From contig JAUQVK010000107.1 of assembly GCA_039794845.1 (NCBI GenBank), forward strand, positions 1 through 44,845: a stretch of DNA of 44,845 bases, written 5' to 3'. Source of the DNA: Thermostichus sp. DRC_bins_24. Lineage in GTDB: Bacteria > Cyanobacteriota > Cyanobacteriia > Thermostichales > Thermostichaceae. A program made the position numbers and the translations under genes. Numbering within the stretch: position 1 is the stretch's first letter; the number at the start of each line of letters is the position of its first letter. Positions 28,135 to 40,747 of the stretch are shown one piece after another. The notes under the pieces are model-generated. The model worked only from the letters and a program-made list of their open reading frames with translations, searched no databases and was not told the origin of the DNA.

Positions 28135-28168
28135 AAAAAAGTGCAGCCCGGCCATCGCCACGCTGCAC
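28135..28168 (-). terminator. Intrinsic terminator downstream of petBD
   Basis: Minus strand GTGCAGC...GCTGCAC stem followed by TTTTTT. Confidence 0.7.
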
Positions 28169-28228
28169 CTTCGGGACAATCAACAGGTAATCAACTCGGA
28201 CACGAAAGGGCCAAATTCCCCCTTGGGT

Positions 28229-28741
28229 TTAGAACAAGCCCAGGGTGACCCATTTATCCAGGGGCAGGGTTGCGCCAATGCCCAAGTAGAGGGTAACCAA
28301 GGTGCCAATCAAGAACACGGTGGTGGCCACCGGACGACGCAGGGGGTTTTGGAACTTGTTGACGTTTTCAATGAAAGGCACAAACAGCAAGCAGACCGGG
28401 ATCGCCGACATCAAGGCGATGCCCAAAAGCTTGTTGGGGGCGATGCGCAGCAGGTGAAAGGCCGGGTAGAGGTACCATTCCGGCAAAATTTCCAGCGGCG
28501 TGGCAAAAGGATCCGCAGGTTCACCCACACCCGCCGGATCCATCACCGACAGGGCCACCACCAAGCCGATCGTGCCCAGGATCACCACCGGAAACATATA
28601 GAGCAAATCATTGGGCCAAGCGGGCTCACCGTAGGTCATGTGGCCCATGTTTTTCTTCAGTTTGGCCACCACCTTGGGATTGTCGAGGTCGACCTTACGG
28701 GTGATCGCCTCGGTGGCCACAACCTGCTTTGAAACAGCCAT
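28229..28741 (-). CDS. petD: Cytochrome b6f complex subunit IV
   Basis: [48 protein letters not shown] upstream of ATG 28741. Confidence 0.97.
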   Translation of the reverse strand: MAVSKQVVATEAITRKVDLDNPKVVAKLKKNMGHMTYGEPAWPNDLLYMFPVVILGTIGLVVALSVMDPAGVGEPADPFATPLEILPEWYLYPAFHLLRIAPNKLLGIALMSAIPVCLLFVPFIENVNKFQNPLRRPVATTVFLIGTLVTLYLGIGATLPLDKWVTLGLF

Positions 28742-28840
28742 GCGAGTTCTCCTTGTCAGGGACAAAAGGTACTGAAAAGTTGAAGTTAGGGGATCCCCCC
28801 TCACCGGGTTCGGTGGAACCCAGCCAGGATCAACTCTGGA

Positions 28841-29488
28841 TCACAAAGGCCCGGAAATACCCTGGCGACGAATCATCAAAAAGTGCATGGTCATAAAGAC
28901 CGCAATCAACCAAGGCAACACGAAGGTATGCAAGCTGTAGAAGCGGGTCAGCGTTCCTTGGCCAACAGCCTCACCACCGCGGATCAGCTCCACCAGCAGA
29001 TCCCCCACCACTGGAATGGCGCTGGGCACACCTGAGACGATTTTGACCGCCCAGTAGCCCACCTGATCCCAGGGCAGAGAGTACCCTGTGACGCCAAAAG
29101 AGACCGTCAGCACCGCCAAAATCACACCGGTTACCCAGGTCAGCTCACGGGGTTTCTTGAATCCCCCCGTCAGGTAAACCCGAAAGGTATGCAAAATCAT
29201 CATCAACACCATCATGGAGGCGCTCCAGCGGTGGATGGAACGCAACAGCCAGCCGAAGTTCACCTGGGTCATGATGTAGTTGACCGATTCAAAGGCTTCC
29301 GCTACCGTCGGACGATAGTAGAAGGTCATGGCGAAGCCCGTGGCAAACTGAATTAAGAAGCACACCAGTGTCACCCCGCCCAGGCAATAGAAGATGTTAA
29401 CGTGGGGCGGAATGAATTTCCCGGTTGCATCGTCGACGAAAGGCGTGATCTCCAGCCGCTCGTCCAACCAGTCGTAAACTTTGCTCAT
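28841..29488 (-). CDS. petB: Cytochrome b6
   Basis: [50 protein letters not shown]. Confidence 0.98.
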   Translation of the reverse strand: MSKVYDWLDERLEITPFVDDATGKFIPPHVNIFYCLGGVTLVCFLIQFATGFAMTFYYRPTVAEAFESVNYIMTQVNFGWLLRSIHRWSASMMVLMMILHTFRVYLTGGFKKPRELTWVTGVILAVLTVSFGVTGYSLPWDQVGYWAVKIVSGVPSAIPVVGDLLVELIRGGEAVGQGTLTRFYSLHTFVLPWLIAVFMTMHFLMIRRQGISGPL

Positions 29489-29693
29489 AATGCCTGCAAT
29501 GCCTGCGATTTTTGAATGTCGATGTCTTGGGGCGGGTTAGGCCCACTTCACCCAGCAATGTAACACGATCATTGAGCTAGGCTCAGCTTCAGGGCAAGGG
29601 ATCCCTGTCCTAGCCGACTGAAGTAACCCTTCATGTCTGTTTTTGTTCATGCTTCTTAACAAATCTGTTGTGTAGGAGTCGGGATTGGCGGGA

Positions 29694-30977
29694 ATGAATC
29701 GGAGATTGTGGGGGATCCCATCGGGGTTGCGCTGGGGCATTCGCGTTTTGCTGTTGGGGGGCCTGCTCTGGGTCAGTCTGGGCATCGGTGCCTGTCAAGT
29801 GCAGGCCAGTCGCTGGGGAGAAGAACAGCAATTGGTGGCTCAGGCCTGGGCCTACGTGGATCGGGCTTACGTGGATCCCGGCTTTAACGGGCAAAACTGG
29901 TGGCAGGTGCGGCAGCGCTTTCTCTCCAGCCCCCTGAGCGAGCGGCAGCAAACCTACCACGCCATCGAGGAGATGCTGGCCACCCTTGGGGATCCCTTTA
30001 CCCGCTTTCTGGACAAAGAGCACTACCTCAGTCTGCAAACCTCCACTGCCGGTGAGCTGAGCGGCATTGGCCTACAGATCGCCATCGATGACCAAGGCTC
30101 GGTGCGGGTGATCGCCCCCATGGAGGGCACCCCCGCCGAACAGGCCGGGATCCAAAGCCAGGATGAGGTTTTGGAAGTGAATGGGGTAGCGGTGGCGGGG
30201 CTGAGCCTGGATGAGGTGGCAGAACGGATGCGCGGCCGCAGCGGTACGCCGGTACGCCTAAAGCTGAAGCGGCAGGAGCGCATTTGGGATCTGGAGCTGG
30301 TGCGCCAATCCATCACCATCAACCCGGTACGCACCCGGTTTTTTGAGCAGCCCCAGGGAGCCGTTGCCTACATTCGTCTCAACCAGTTCAACGGCAATGC
30401 CGCCGCCCAGGTTAAGCAGGCGATTCAGGCGGCAGAAGCTCAAGGGGTACAGGGCTACATTCTCGATCTGCGCAACAATCCTGGTGGCCTGCTGCAGGCG
30501 GCAATTGAAATTGGGCGCTTCTGGATCCCGAGGGGCAATATTGTGCTGGTGACGGATCGACACGGCATTCAAGACAGCATTCCCGCCACCGGAGAGGTGT
30601 TGACACAGGCGCCGCTGGTGGTGTTGGTCAACCAGGGCAGTGCCAGTGCCAGCGAAGTGTTGGCGGGGGCGCTCCAGGACAGTGGGCGGGCCCGGTTGGT
30701 GGGAACTCGCACCTTCGGCAAAGGGCTGATCCAATCCCTTTTGGAATTGGCGGATGGCTCGGGGCTGGCAGTGACCACCGCCAAATACCTCACCCCCAAC
30801 GGCCACGATATCCATCGCCAAGGGATCCAACCGGATGTGGTGGTGGCGGAGGGAGCGGTTCCCCTGACAGCAGAAACCGTAGCCGGGCCGGAGGATATTC
30901 AGCTCCAGCGGGCACTCGAGTTGTTGCGAGAACCGATGCTCTCGGTAGAAGAGATCTCCGTGGGTCAGGCCGCCTGA
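29694..30977 (+). CDS. ctpA: Carboxyl-terminal processing protease (S41, CtpA)
   Basis: DPFTRFL, PDZ domain, LDLRNNPGG, SASASE, GTRTFGKG.IQ, GIQPD; divergent from petB. Confidence 0.9.
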   Translation: MNRRLWGIPSGLRWGIRVLLLGGLLWVSLGIGACQVQASRWGEEQQLVAQAWAYVDRAYVDPGFNGQNWWQVRQRFLSSPLSERQQTYHAIEEMLATLGDPFTRFLDKEHYLSLQTSTAGELSGIGLQIAIDDQGSVRVIAPMEGTPAEQAGIQSQDEVLEVNGVAVAGLSLDEVAERMRGRSGTPVRLKLKRQERIWDLELVRQSITINPVRTRFFEQPQGAVAYIRLNQFNGNAAAQVKQAIQAAEAQGVQGYILDLRNNPGGLLQAAIEIGRFWIPRGNIVLVTDRHGIQDSIPATGEVLTQAPLVVLVNQGSASASEVLAGALQDSGRARLVGTRTFGKGLIQSLLELADGSGLAVTTAKYLTPNGHDIHRQGIQPDVVVAEGAVPLTAETVAGPEDIQLQRALELLREPMLSVEEISVGQAA

Positions 30978-31069
30978 AAGATGGCGATCTCAGGAGTTAG
31001 GGAGTGTTTTAGGATCGAAAACACGGGTTTTGCCCCGCCCGTTGACCTCATCCCGCAAAACACCTGCGC

Positions 31070-31624
31070 ATGAACGCTTTTGAGCAATTTCACCACTTTT
31101 TTAACTGCTGCATTGGTGCCTGGAGCACGGAGCGAACCTACCATCACCTAACTCGCGGCGAAGTGGAGCGATCCCGCACCGAGTTCACCATCCGCACCCT
31201 GACGCCTGACCTCAAACACAAGGTGCTCTCAGATAACCAGTATCCCAACCACAGCGTCGATGGGTTCTTGGGGTTCCACCTTGCCTTCGAGACCGTCTCG
31301 GAAACCGGCGAAGAAGCGGCGCAGGAGTTGAACATGTTGTTTGTGCCGCAGCGGCAGAGCCGCAACGGCCTGGAAGGCGATTACTTGCGGGATCGGGCCT
31401 ACGAAGAAGACCGTCCGATGGTCGCGGCCTTTCGGTTCGACCCCGGATCCCTGCAGCTGGTCATGACCACCACCTACACCCGTGTTGTTGCCGTGGATAC
31501 CATCACCCTGCTCAATCCGCGGCTGCGGCTGCGGCAGATCCTCACCTATGCCCGCCCCCCGGAAAACCAACCGCTCCAGGATCTGTTGCTGGTGGGATTT
31601 GGGGTAGAACAGAAGCTCACCTAA
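31070..31624 (+). CDS. Phycobiliprotein lyase, CpcS/CpeS family (possibly CpcV-like)
   Basis: FF....G.W.TERTYH, YLRDRAYEE, LVMTTTY, RLRQI, GFG.EQK. Confidence 0.8.
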   Translation: MNAFEQFHHFFNCCIGAWSTERTYHHLTRGEVERSRTEFTIRTLTPDLKHKVLSDNQYPNHSVDGFLGFHLAFETVSETGEEAAQELNMLFVPQRQSRNGLEGDYLRDRAYEEDRPMVAAFRFDPGSLQLVMTTTYTRVVAVDTITLLNPRLRLRQILTYARPPENQPLQDLLLVGFGVEQKLT

Positions 31625-31643
31625 CCTGCGGATTCTAAGCGTG

Positions 31644-32162
31644 ATGCCTGCCGAAGACCTGAAATTGCCCCAGCATCTGGCCCTGATCCAGTTGGGGTTC
31701 GAGCGTGGCCAGTATCGACAAGTCTTGGAACAGGTGCGGCAGGCCCAAAGCCGCTACCCGCAATCCGGCAAATTAAAGCTCTGGCAAGCCTTAGCCCAGG
31801 AGGCCCTCGGCCAAACCCAGGAGGCCATTCTGCTGGCCCAAGCCTTGGTGCGCAACCCCGATCCGGAGGTGGCTCAGCAGGCACGCTACGTCTTGGGTAT
31901 TTGGCAGGCGCCCCGCTTGCGTCGTCCCCCGGAATGGTTGATCGAAATTCCCGATCTCAGTCGACTGGAAGAAGATGCAGAATCGTCAGCCCATCGTTTG
32001 GGGTACCCACGGCCTCAGGGCCAAAGCCGCCATCCGGGCGCTGCTCCCCCGCCCACAGAGGTTCTCGGCAACAGCAAAACAGATCGGTTTGATACTAAGC
32101 TAATTTGGGTGTTAGTCGGGATCCTCTCAGCCCTACTGGCCGTACTGGCTTGGCTACCCTGA
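31644..32162 (+). CDS. TPR-like protein with C-terminal membrane anchor
   Basis: FERGQYRQ, A.EALGQ..EAI, QQARYVL.IWQAP.L.RP.EW..EIPDL; hydrophobic C-terminus. Confidence 0.75.
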   Translation: MPAEDLKLPQHLALIQLGFERGQYRQVLEQVRQAQSRYPQSGKLKLWQALAQEALGQTQEAILLAQALVRNPDPEVAQQARYVLGIWQAPRLRRPPEWLIEIPDLSRLEEDAESSAHRLGYPRPQGQSRHPGAAPPPTEVLGNSKTDRFDTKLIWVLVGILSALLAVLAWLP

Positions 32163-32268
32163 TCCTCTGGGTTATCCATCCGACGCAAGGGATCCCAGCT
32201 TGCAGGCAACGGATTTGCCCAGCCTTGTGCCCCGTACCCGGGGGCACCTTCGCTAAGGAGTTGACCCT

Positions 32269-33225
32269 TTGGTAAGAGAGCAGGTACAGGTGATCGTCCC
32301 GGCCACCACCGCGAATTTGGGGCCAGGATTCGATTGCATCGGTGCAGCCTTGGATCTCTATAATCGCTTTCGGTTTCGCGAGATCCCCTCTGGCCTCAGC
32401 ATTCACTACCGCGGCGGCGACCACGTCAGCCAGAGCAAAGACAACCTGGTATACCGCGCCTTTAGCCGTGCCTTCGACTTGCTCAGCAAGCCTGTGCCAG
32501 GGGTAGAGATTGAAATCACCCTAAATGTTCCTCTGTCGCGCGGGTTGGGCAGTTCTGCCACCGCCATCGTCGGCGGCTTGCTGGGGGCCAATGCCATCGG
32601 GGGGCTTAACCTGGCTCCGGAAACCCTGTTGCAACTGGCCATTGCCCTCGAAGGTCATCCAGACAATGTGGTGCCTGCTCTGCAAGGCAGTTGTCAGCTC
32701 TGTGTACAGGGTCAGCAAGGGCAATGGGTGTTTTGTCCGCTGGATTGGCACGAGAGCATTGGTCTCTTGGCGGTGGTGCCCAACTTTAAGCTCTCCACCC
32801 AAGCCGCCCGAGAGATCCTGCCCAAGTCCGTTAGCATGGCGGATGCGGTGTTTTCCAGCAGTCACCTTGGGTTGTTAATTCGCAGCTTGCAGCTGGGCCG
32901 TGTGGACTGGCTGAAGGTGGCCCTTCAGGATCGCCTGCACCAACCGGCGCGCCTGGAATTGATCACGGGTTTCAAAACCGTCCAGGCCGCCGCACAGGCT
33001 GCCGGCGCCTATGGCGTGGTGATCAGTGGAGCTGGCCCCACCCTTTTGGCCCTCTGTGCCCCCGACGACCGCGAACGGGTGGGATCTGCCATGGTCAGCG
33101 CTTGGGCGCAACTGGATATCGAGGCGGAGGCCAAACTGCTCAACCTGGATCGACAGGGCGGACGGGTGCTGCGCATCCCTAGCCCGGGCGAGTCCGCCTC
33201 CGAGGAAGGCCCCTCAGGTGAGTGA
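32269..33225 (+). CDS. thrB: Homoserine kinase
   Basis: VPATTANLGPGFD, PLSRGLGSSA, EGHPDN, DRLHQP.R, ISGAGPT. Confidence 0.96.
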   Translation: MVREQVQVIVPATTANLGPGFDCIGAALDLYNRFRFREIPSGLSIHYRGGDHVSQSKDNLVYRAFSRAFDLLSKPVPGVEIEITLNVPLSRGLGSSATAIVGGLLGANAIGGLNLAPETLLQLAIALEGHPDNVVPALQGSCQLCVQGQQGQWVFCPLDWHESIGLLAVVPNFKLSTQAAREILPKSVSMADAVFSSSHLGLLIRSLQLGRVDWLKVALQDRLHQPARLELITGFKTVQAAAQAAGAYGVVISGAGPTLLALCAPDDRERVGSAMVSAWAQLDIEAEAKLLNLDRQGGRVLRIPSPGESASEEGPSGE

Positions 33226-33230
33226 AGGAT

Positions 33231-33264
33231 TGTTCCGAAGCAGTGCTCCATGTGTTTCGGAACA
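33231..33264 (+). terminator. Stem-loop immediately after thrB
   Basis: TGTTCCGAAGCA / TGTTTCGGAACA 12-bp stem; no clear U tract. Confidence 0.5.
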
Positions 33265-33397
33265 TGAAATTGATTGTAGTCTCATCGCCGTTGGCGCACT
33301 TCGAGTCTCTTGACCGATGGGTGATGTGTTATCTGTTTGCCATATCAGCTACCAGATCAGCAGCCCATCAAAAAACAACCGATTGATATCCGATTGA

Positions 33398-35644
<2,247 letters not shown>

Positions 35645-35729
35645 TCTGCTGACAGCCCTTCTGCTAGTCCCATACAACCATTCTGGAGGTTGAGATCCAT
35701 GGTTCTTTGAATTGAGTTTCAACACCTGC

Positions 35730-35791
35730 CCTCGCCCCTTGTGCGCAGCGTGGCACCGGCTGTAGCCTCTCTCCCAGAACGGGAGAGGGGA
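35730..35791. repeat. REP-like palindromic element
   Basis: CCCTCGCCCC...CTCTCTCCC-AGAAC-GGGAGAGGGGA, resembling CCCTCTCCC/GGGAGAGGG dispersed repeats of cyanobacteria. Confidence 0.5.
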
Positions 35792-36039
35792 GTCAGAAAG
35801 TGTATCGTTGGATTGACCATACCTCTTGGCGGGCTGAGGAAGTACAAGCCTTGCTGTAGAAACCCACGTAAGGGCTATAGTCTTGAGTTTTTGAGGGGTT
35901 CTTAACTTACGTTGAGGACTCCTCAATTGACGCTCCGCAGTCTTGCAAGGGATCCATTTGGCTGCTCGCTCGGGCTGTGTTTCGTCGAGAAGGGGGCTAT
36001 CTGGTAAAGTTCGCTTTGATCTTGCCGGATCCCCTGCCT

Positions 36040-37050
36040 ATGTCTGACCTTGCCTGGTTGGATCCCCTTGTTCAGCACTTTCAACTGGGGGATCCCGAAC
36101 CCCCTCAACTGCTCCAAATCGGCCTCATTCACCAAACCTGGAAGCTCACCACTTCCCGGGGAGCCTTTATTGCCCAGCGTCTACACCCGATCTTTGATCC
36201 CGGCGTTACGGAAGATGGCCAGGCCATCAGCCAATGGTTGCGGCATCACGGTTTCCCTACCCCCCATTTTTGCCATACCCGGGATGGATCCCTGCATTTG
36301 GCTTTTGCAGACGGTCTTTGGCGGGTGATGGAGTGCCTGCCAGGGGTTTGTCATTCCGCGCCCCCCCATTTGGGCTATCTGGAGCAGGCCGGGGCGGCGA
36401 TTGGGCAACTGCATCAGCTCCTGGCCCGCTTGGAACATCGGTTTCGTTTTCGGATCCCGCATTTTCACGATACCCCTCACATTTGGCATCAGCTAGGCCA
36501 GTACAGCCCTACCCCAGAGGTACAAGCGGAATGGCAGTTTTTGATTGAAACGGTACCGCATCTGCTCTTGCCGCAAGGGATCCCGGAGCAAATCATCCAT
36601 GCCGATCTCAAGTTCAATAATTTTCTGTTTGACGAAGCGGGGCACTTTGTCGGGTTGCTGGATCTCGACACCTTTATGCATCACAACCTCTACGTCGAAC
36701 TGGGGGATGCGCTGCGCTCTTGGGGCAAACGGGGGGCAGAAATGAATGCCGAGGCGATCTTGGCGGGGCTGCGGGGTTACGCCCGAACAGGCAATTTGAA
36801 GTCCCTACAGCCGCACCTGATCCTGCAAGGGATCCAACTGATCACCCTGGAGTTGGGGATGCGCTTTTTGCAGGATTGGTTTGAAGACTCCTATTGGAAC
36901 TGGGATCCTCAGCGCTACCCGAGCCGCAAAGCCCATAATTTGGCTCGTTGCCAGCAGCAAATTCGCCTATACCAACACCTCACCCAGTTAGCACCCCAAC
37001 TCTTGGAGTCGATTCGCGCCCTATCAGAAGGCGAGGGAGAGTCGTCTTGA
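36040..37050 (+). CDS. Aminoglycoside phosphotransferase-fold kinase (N-acetylhexosamine 1-kinase-like)
   Basis: GLIHQT, QRLHPIF, FHDT, IIHADLKFNNFLFD, DLDT, GDALRS, LELGMRFL.D, HNL.R..QQ. Confidence 0.85.
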   Translation: MSDLAWLDPLVQHFQLGDPEPPQLLQIGLIHQTWKLTTSRGAFIAQRLHPIFDPGVTEDGQAISQWLRHHGFPTPHFCHTRDGSLHLAFADGLWRVMECLPGVCHSAPPHLGYLEQAGAAIGQLHQLLARLEHRFRFRIPHFHDTPHIWHQLGQYSPTPEVQAEWQFLIETVPHLLLPQGIPEQIIHADLKFNNFLFDEAGHFVGLLDLDTFMHHNLYVELGDALRSWGKRGAEMNAEAILAGLRGYARTGNLKSLQPHLILQGIQLITLELGMRFLQDWFEDSYWNWDPQRYPSRKAHNLARCQQQIRLYQHLTQLAPQLLESIRALSEGEGESS

Positions 37051-37170
37051 ATGGGGTGATTTGTAGGTACAGCCCTTTACGCCAACGCTGACCACACCCC
37101 AGGTGGCCTAGCCCTTGCCCGGTCTTGGATCCCGATCGCAGAATGGATCCTGTGTCTTGCGGTTCCACAC

Positions 37171-38025
37171 ATGCCTGTTAGCCTCCTACCTGCTTGGGTC
37201 AAGCGTTCCATCGGCAAAGCCAGCGATATTTCTGCTGTGCAGCAGGTGATCAAACAACGGGGCATCCACACCATTTGTGAAGAGGGGCGTTGCCCGAACC
37301 GAGCGGAGTGCTACAGCCAAAAAACCGCCACCTTTTTGTTGATGGGGGGAGTGTGTACCCGCGCCTGTTCTTTTTGTCAGGTGGCCACCGGGCGTCCTGG
37401 GCAGTTGGATCCCGAAGAACCGGAGAAAGTGGCGGAGGCCGTTCAGCTTCTTGGCCTCAGCTATGTGGTGCTCACCTCCGTTGCTCGGGATGACCTGCCC
37501 GATCAGGGTTCCGGTCGGTTTGTGGAAGTCATGCAGGCGATTCGGCAGCGTTGCCCTGACACCCAGATAGAAGTGCTCACCCCAGATTTTCGAGGCGACC
37601 GAGATTGCATCGCTCGGTTGGTAGCGGCTCAGCCCATCTGCTACAACCACAACATCGAAACCGTGCGCCGACTTTCCCAGGCTGTACGCCGCAGCTCAGG
37701 CTACGAGCTTTCTTTACGGGTGTTGAAAACGGTTAAAGAGTTGGATCCGAACCTGCCGACCAAATCGGGCTTGATGCTCGGGCATGGGGAAACCCGCACC
37801 GAGGTGCTGGCCACCCTTGAGGATTTGCTGTCGGTGGGGTGCGACCGGCTCACTTTGGGGCAATATCTACAACCCTCCCTGGCCCATCGCCCGGTAGAAC
37901 GCTACTGGACACCGGAGGAATTTGAAGAATTGGGGCAGCTGGCTCGCCAGATGGGTTTTCGGCAGGTGCGCTCGGGGCCATTGGTGCGCAGCTCCTACCA
38001 TGCTTCTGAAATGGGGCAAGATTAA
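37171..38025 (+). CDS. lipA: Lipoyl synthase
   Basis: [51 protein letters not shown]. Confidence 0.96.
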   Translation: MPVSLLPAWVKRSIGKASDISAVQQVIKQRGIHTICEEGRCPNRAECYSQKTATFLLMGGVCTRACSFCQVATGRPGQLDPEEPEKVAEAVQLLGLSYVVLTSVARDDLPDQGSGRFVEVMQAIRQRCPDTQIEVLTPDFRGDRDCIARLVAAQPICYNHNIETVRRLSQAVRRSSGYELSLRVLKTVKELDPNLPTKSGLMLGHGETRTEVLATLEDLLSVGCDRLTLGQYLQPSLAHRPVERYWTPEEFEELGQLARQMGFRQVRSGPLVRSSYHASEMGQD

Positions 38026-38300
38026 GGCATCTCTAGCACACTGTTGCGGCCTTTTTCCTTGGAGGGATCCGTGGTTGCCACCCCACAAGTCTTTTTCTCA
38101 AACGTGTTCTGAGGGAGTAGAGACGGGTTATCTTTCGGGGCCTCACTTGGGCTGCCTACCGCCAAATTTACCCAAATTTACAAAGTTCTCAGGGCACAGG
38201 ATCCCTTGGTTTCGCGGGCCTTTCCGAGCTTGGATCTGAGGGTGCAACAGATCTTAGCTAGATCTTGGCTGCCGGCCGGGATCATTTTTGGGTTGCCTGT

Positions 38301-39644
38301 TTACAAAAGCCCAGCACGGCGACAGAGATCTGCTGCCTGGGATCCCACCTGTTGTCGCAGCTCTTCCTGGGGTAAGGTCAGCACCCGTCGGTTGTGCATC
38401 AGGATCTGCCCGTTGCAAATCGTGGTGGCGACATCGCTGCTCTGGGCGGAATACACCACCTGGGCGATCAGGTTATCCAAGGATCCCCCCAATCGCGGCC
38501 AGAGGTGCGGCGAGCGCAAATCCAGCAGGATCACATCCGCCTTTTTGCCCACCTCCAAGCTGCCGATTTCCCCCTCCAGACCCAGACAGGCGGCACTGCC
38601 GCGGGTGGCCATCCACAACGCCTGTTGGGCGGGCAGAGCCGCCCCATCCCCCGAGCCGAGCCGTTGCAGAAACACCGCCAGCCGCATTTCTTCAAACAAA
38701 TCCAGGTTGTTGTTGCTCAAAATCGAGTCGGTGCCCAACCCCACCGGGATCCCCTGCTCCAGCCACTGCAACACCGGCGGCAGGCCCGAGGCCAGTTTCA
38801 TATTCGAGCTAGGGTTGTGGGCGATGCGAACCCCCTTGGCCTTGAGGAGGTCGATCTCTTCGGGAGACACATGCACACAGTGGGCCGCTAGGGTGGCCGC
38901 GCTCAGGGATCCCCACCGTTCCAAACACCGCACCGGGGTTAGGCCGTAACGGGCCTGCAGGGTGTTCACTTCCCAGCGGGTTTCCGCCAAATGGGTGTGT
39001 AGCCCCACCCCGTACTTTTGGGCCAGCTCGGATCCCTGGGCAAAACTCTGGGGATGACAGGAATAAGGGGCATGGAGACCCACCCAAATCTGCAGGCGAC
39101 CCTGCCCCTGACCGTGCCAGGCTTGGATCAACGCTTCCGTCTCCGCCAGAGATTCCCCCACCCCCCTCGGCTCGTCGATCACCTGGGGACTAAAGATCCC
39201 CCGTAACCCCGACTGCAAGGCCACTGCCGCTGCCGCGGCTGGATGTCGATAGATGTCGATAAAAGTGGTGGTGCCGGAGCGGATCATCTCCAGTTGGTTC
39301 ATGGCCGCCGCCAGCCGCATATCCTCAGGGGTATAGGCTGCATCCAACGGAAAACAGATCTCCACCAGCCAACGGGCCAGCTCCCGATCCTCACACAGCC
39401 CCCGCGTCAGGCACTCGTGCATATGGGCATTCACCAGGCCCGGCAAGGCCACCTGATCGCTTCCGTCTAGGGTTTGCCGACCCACACAAGCCAGATCCTG
39501 CCCCATCGCCACAATCCGATCCCCAGCGATGGCGATATCCACCCGCTCCCATACCCGCCCTGGCTCATCCATGGGAATGGCGGCACAGTCTCGAATCAAC
39601 AGGTCAACGGTCTCTCTTGCCATCGACTCAAGATCCTGAACCAT
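38301..39644 (-). CDS. Metal-dependent amidohydrolase (MtaD/AtzA-like nucleoside or base deaminase)
   Basis: PGLVNAHMH, HAPYS, HTHLAET, AHCVH, HNPSSNMKLASG, GTDS, GSLEVGKKAD; start 39644 or 39623. Confidence 0.9.
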   Translation of the reverse strand: MVQDLESMARETVDLLIRDCAAIPMDEPGRVWERVDIAIAGDRIVAMGQDLACVGRQTLDGSDQVALPGLVNAHMHECLTRGLCEDRELARWLVEICFPLDAAYTPEDMRLAAAMNQLEMIRSGTTTFIDIYRHPAAAAAVALQSGLRGIFSPQVIDEPRGVGESLAETEALIQAWHGQGQGRLQIWVGLHAPYSCHPQSFAQGSELAQKYGVGLHTHLAETRWEVNTLQARYGLTPVRCLERWGSLSAATLAAHCVHVSPEEIDLLKAKGVRIAHNPSSNMKLASGLPPVLQWLEQGIPVGLGTDSILSNNNLDLFEEMRLAVFLQRLGSGDGAALPAQQALWMATRGSAACLGLEGEIGSLEVGKKADVILLDLRSPHLWPRLGGSLDNLIAQVVYSAQSSDVATTICNGQILMHNRRVLTLPQEELRQQVGSQAADLCRRAGLL

Positions 39645-40650
39645 ACAATTCCGGGCGCAGAAACTGAATGTACCGCTGCAGGTAGCTTTCCGGTAGGATC
39701 CCCGCTTGGGCCAAGGTGGCTTCCGCCTCCGCCAGGGATCCCGTTTCTGCCACCGAGGCCGCGATCCGATTCACCGCCGCCACCAAGATCTTCGGGTCAA
39801 AAAACAGGATCATCGCCTGCAAGGGCGTGATGCGCAGCAGGGATCCCCACGGTTCACTCAGGCGCATTCGATGCAACCCCAAATTGCCCTTGGCGGCCTC
39901 CATCGGCCACTTTTCCACCGGATCCGGCATGGCCTGACAGGCTCGTCCCATATCCGCCACATCCTCTTGGGTCAGACCATAGGCCCCGAGAAAGCCCCCC
40001 GCCCGCATCGCCCGCCCGACATTGCGCTCCAAATCCTCAAGGGCCAACTCCTCATCGCAGCCATAGCCCGACAACCCGTAGATCGACGGCACCGAACAGC
40101 GGTAAAGCCCCGACAAACTGATGAAATCCGAAAGGGGAGTGCGCGGCTGCCGAACCTCGTCCGTATGGCTGTAGAGGCTGTCGGAGCCGATATCCACCCC
40201 CACCACCAAATCCACCCCAAACGCCCGGATCACCGCCTCCAGAGCTGCCAAAAACCCCTGCCCGCCCCCCCGCAAGCTGAGCAACACCGCCTCCGCCCCA
40301 AACAACTCCGCCATTTGTGCTTCCGCCGGGATCCGCTTCCCCACCCGCGCCGAGCCATCCACCTGCATCGCCTGGGATCCAATCCAGCGCCCGTTCTCGA
40401 CTTCCTCCAAAGCGTAGTAACAGGGCCCCCACACCGAAGCAGCGAGGGGGAAAGGGGCCAGGGGTTCCGGATCAAACTCCGCCGGCGGCCACCACTGGCA
40501 GGTCACCCCCCCGATGATCACCCGCTCTACCCCCAGGTGTCGCAAATAATTGCGGATCGGGATCGTCTGGATCACATCCCCACCCCCCCCCATGCCGTAC
40601 ACAAAGGCGGTTTTGGCGGAGCGAGCCCGTTGGTGCAAAGCCGGCAGCAT
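39628..40650 (-). CDS. DUF1152-like protein
   Basis: GMGGGGDV, GVDIGSDSL, TPLSD, GYGCD.EL motifs; ATG 40650. Confidence 0.8.
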   Translation of the reverse strand: MLPALHQRARSAKTAFVYGMGGGGDVIQTIPIRNYLRHLGVERVIIGGVTCQWWPPAEFDPEPLAPFPLAASVWGPCYYALEEVENGRWIGSQAMQVDGSARVGKRIPAEAQMAELFGAEAVLLSLRGGGQGFLAALEAVIRAFGVDLVVGVDIGSDSLYSHTDEVRQPRTPLSDFISLSGLYRCSVPSIYGLSGYGCDEELALEDLERNVGRAMRAGGFLGAYGLTQEDVADMGRACQAMPDPVEKWPMEAAKGNLGLHRMRLSEPWGSLLRITPLQAMILFFDPKILVAAVNRIAASVAETGSLAEAEATLAQAGILPESYLQRYIQFLRPELYGSGS

Positions 40651-40747
40651 GGCAAACCGATCGAGAGAACAGTTCGGTAGCTTACCATGCAAGCAAATCC
40701 TGAAAAAGTTCCTCGAGAGCGGCAAGATCAGGCCGTTAGAGTGCTAC

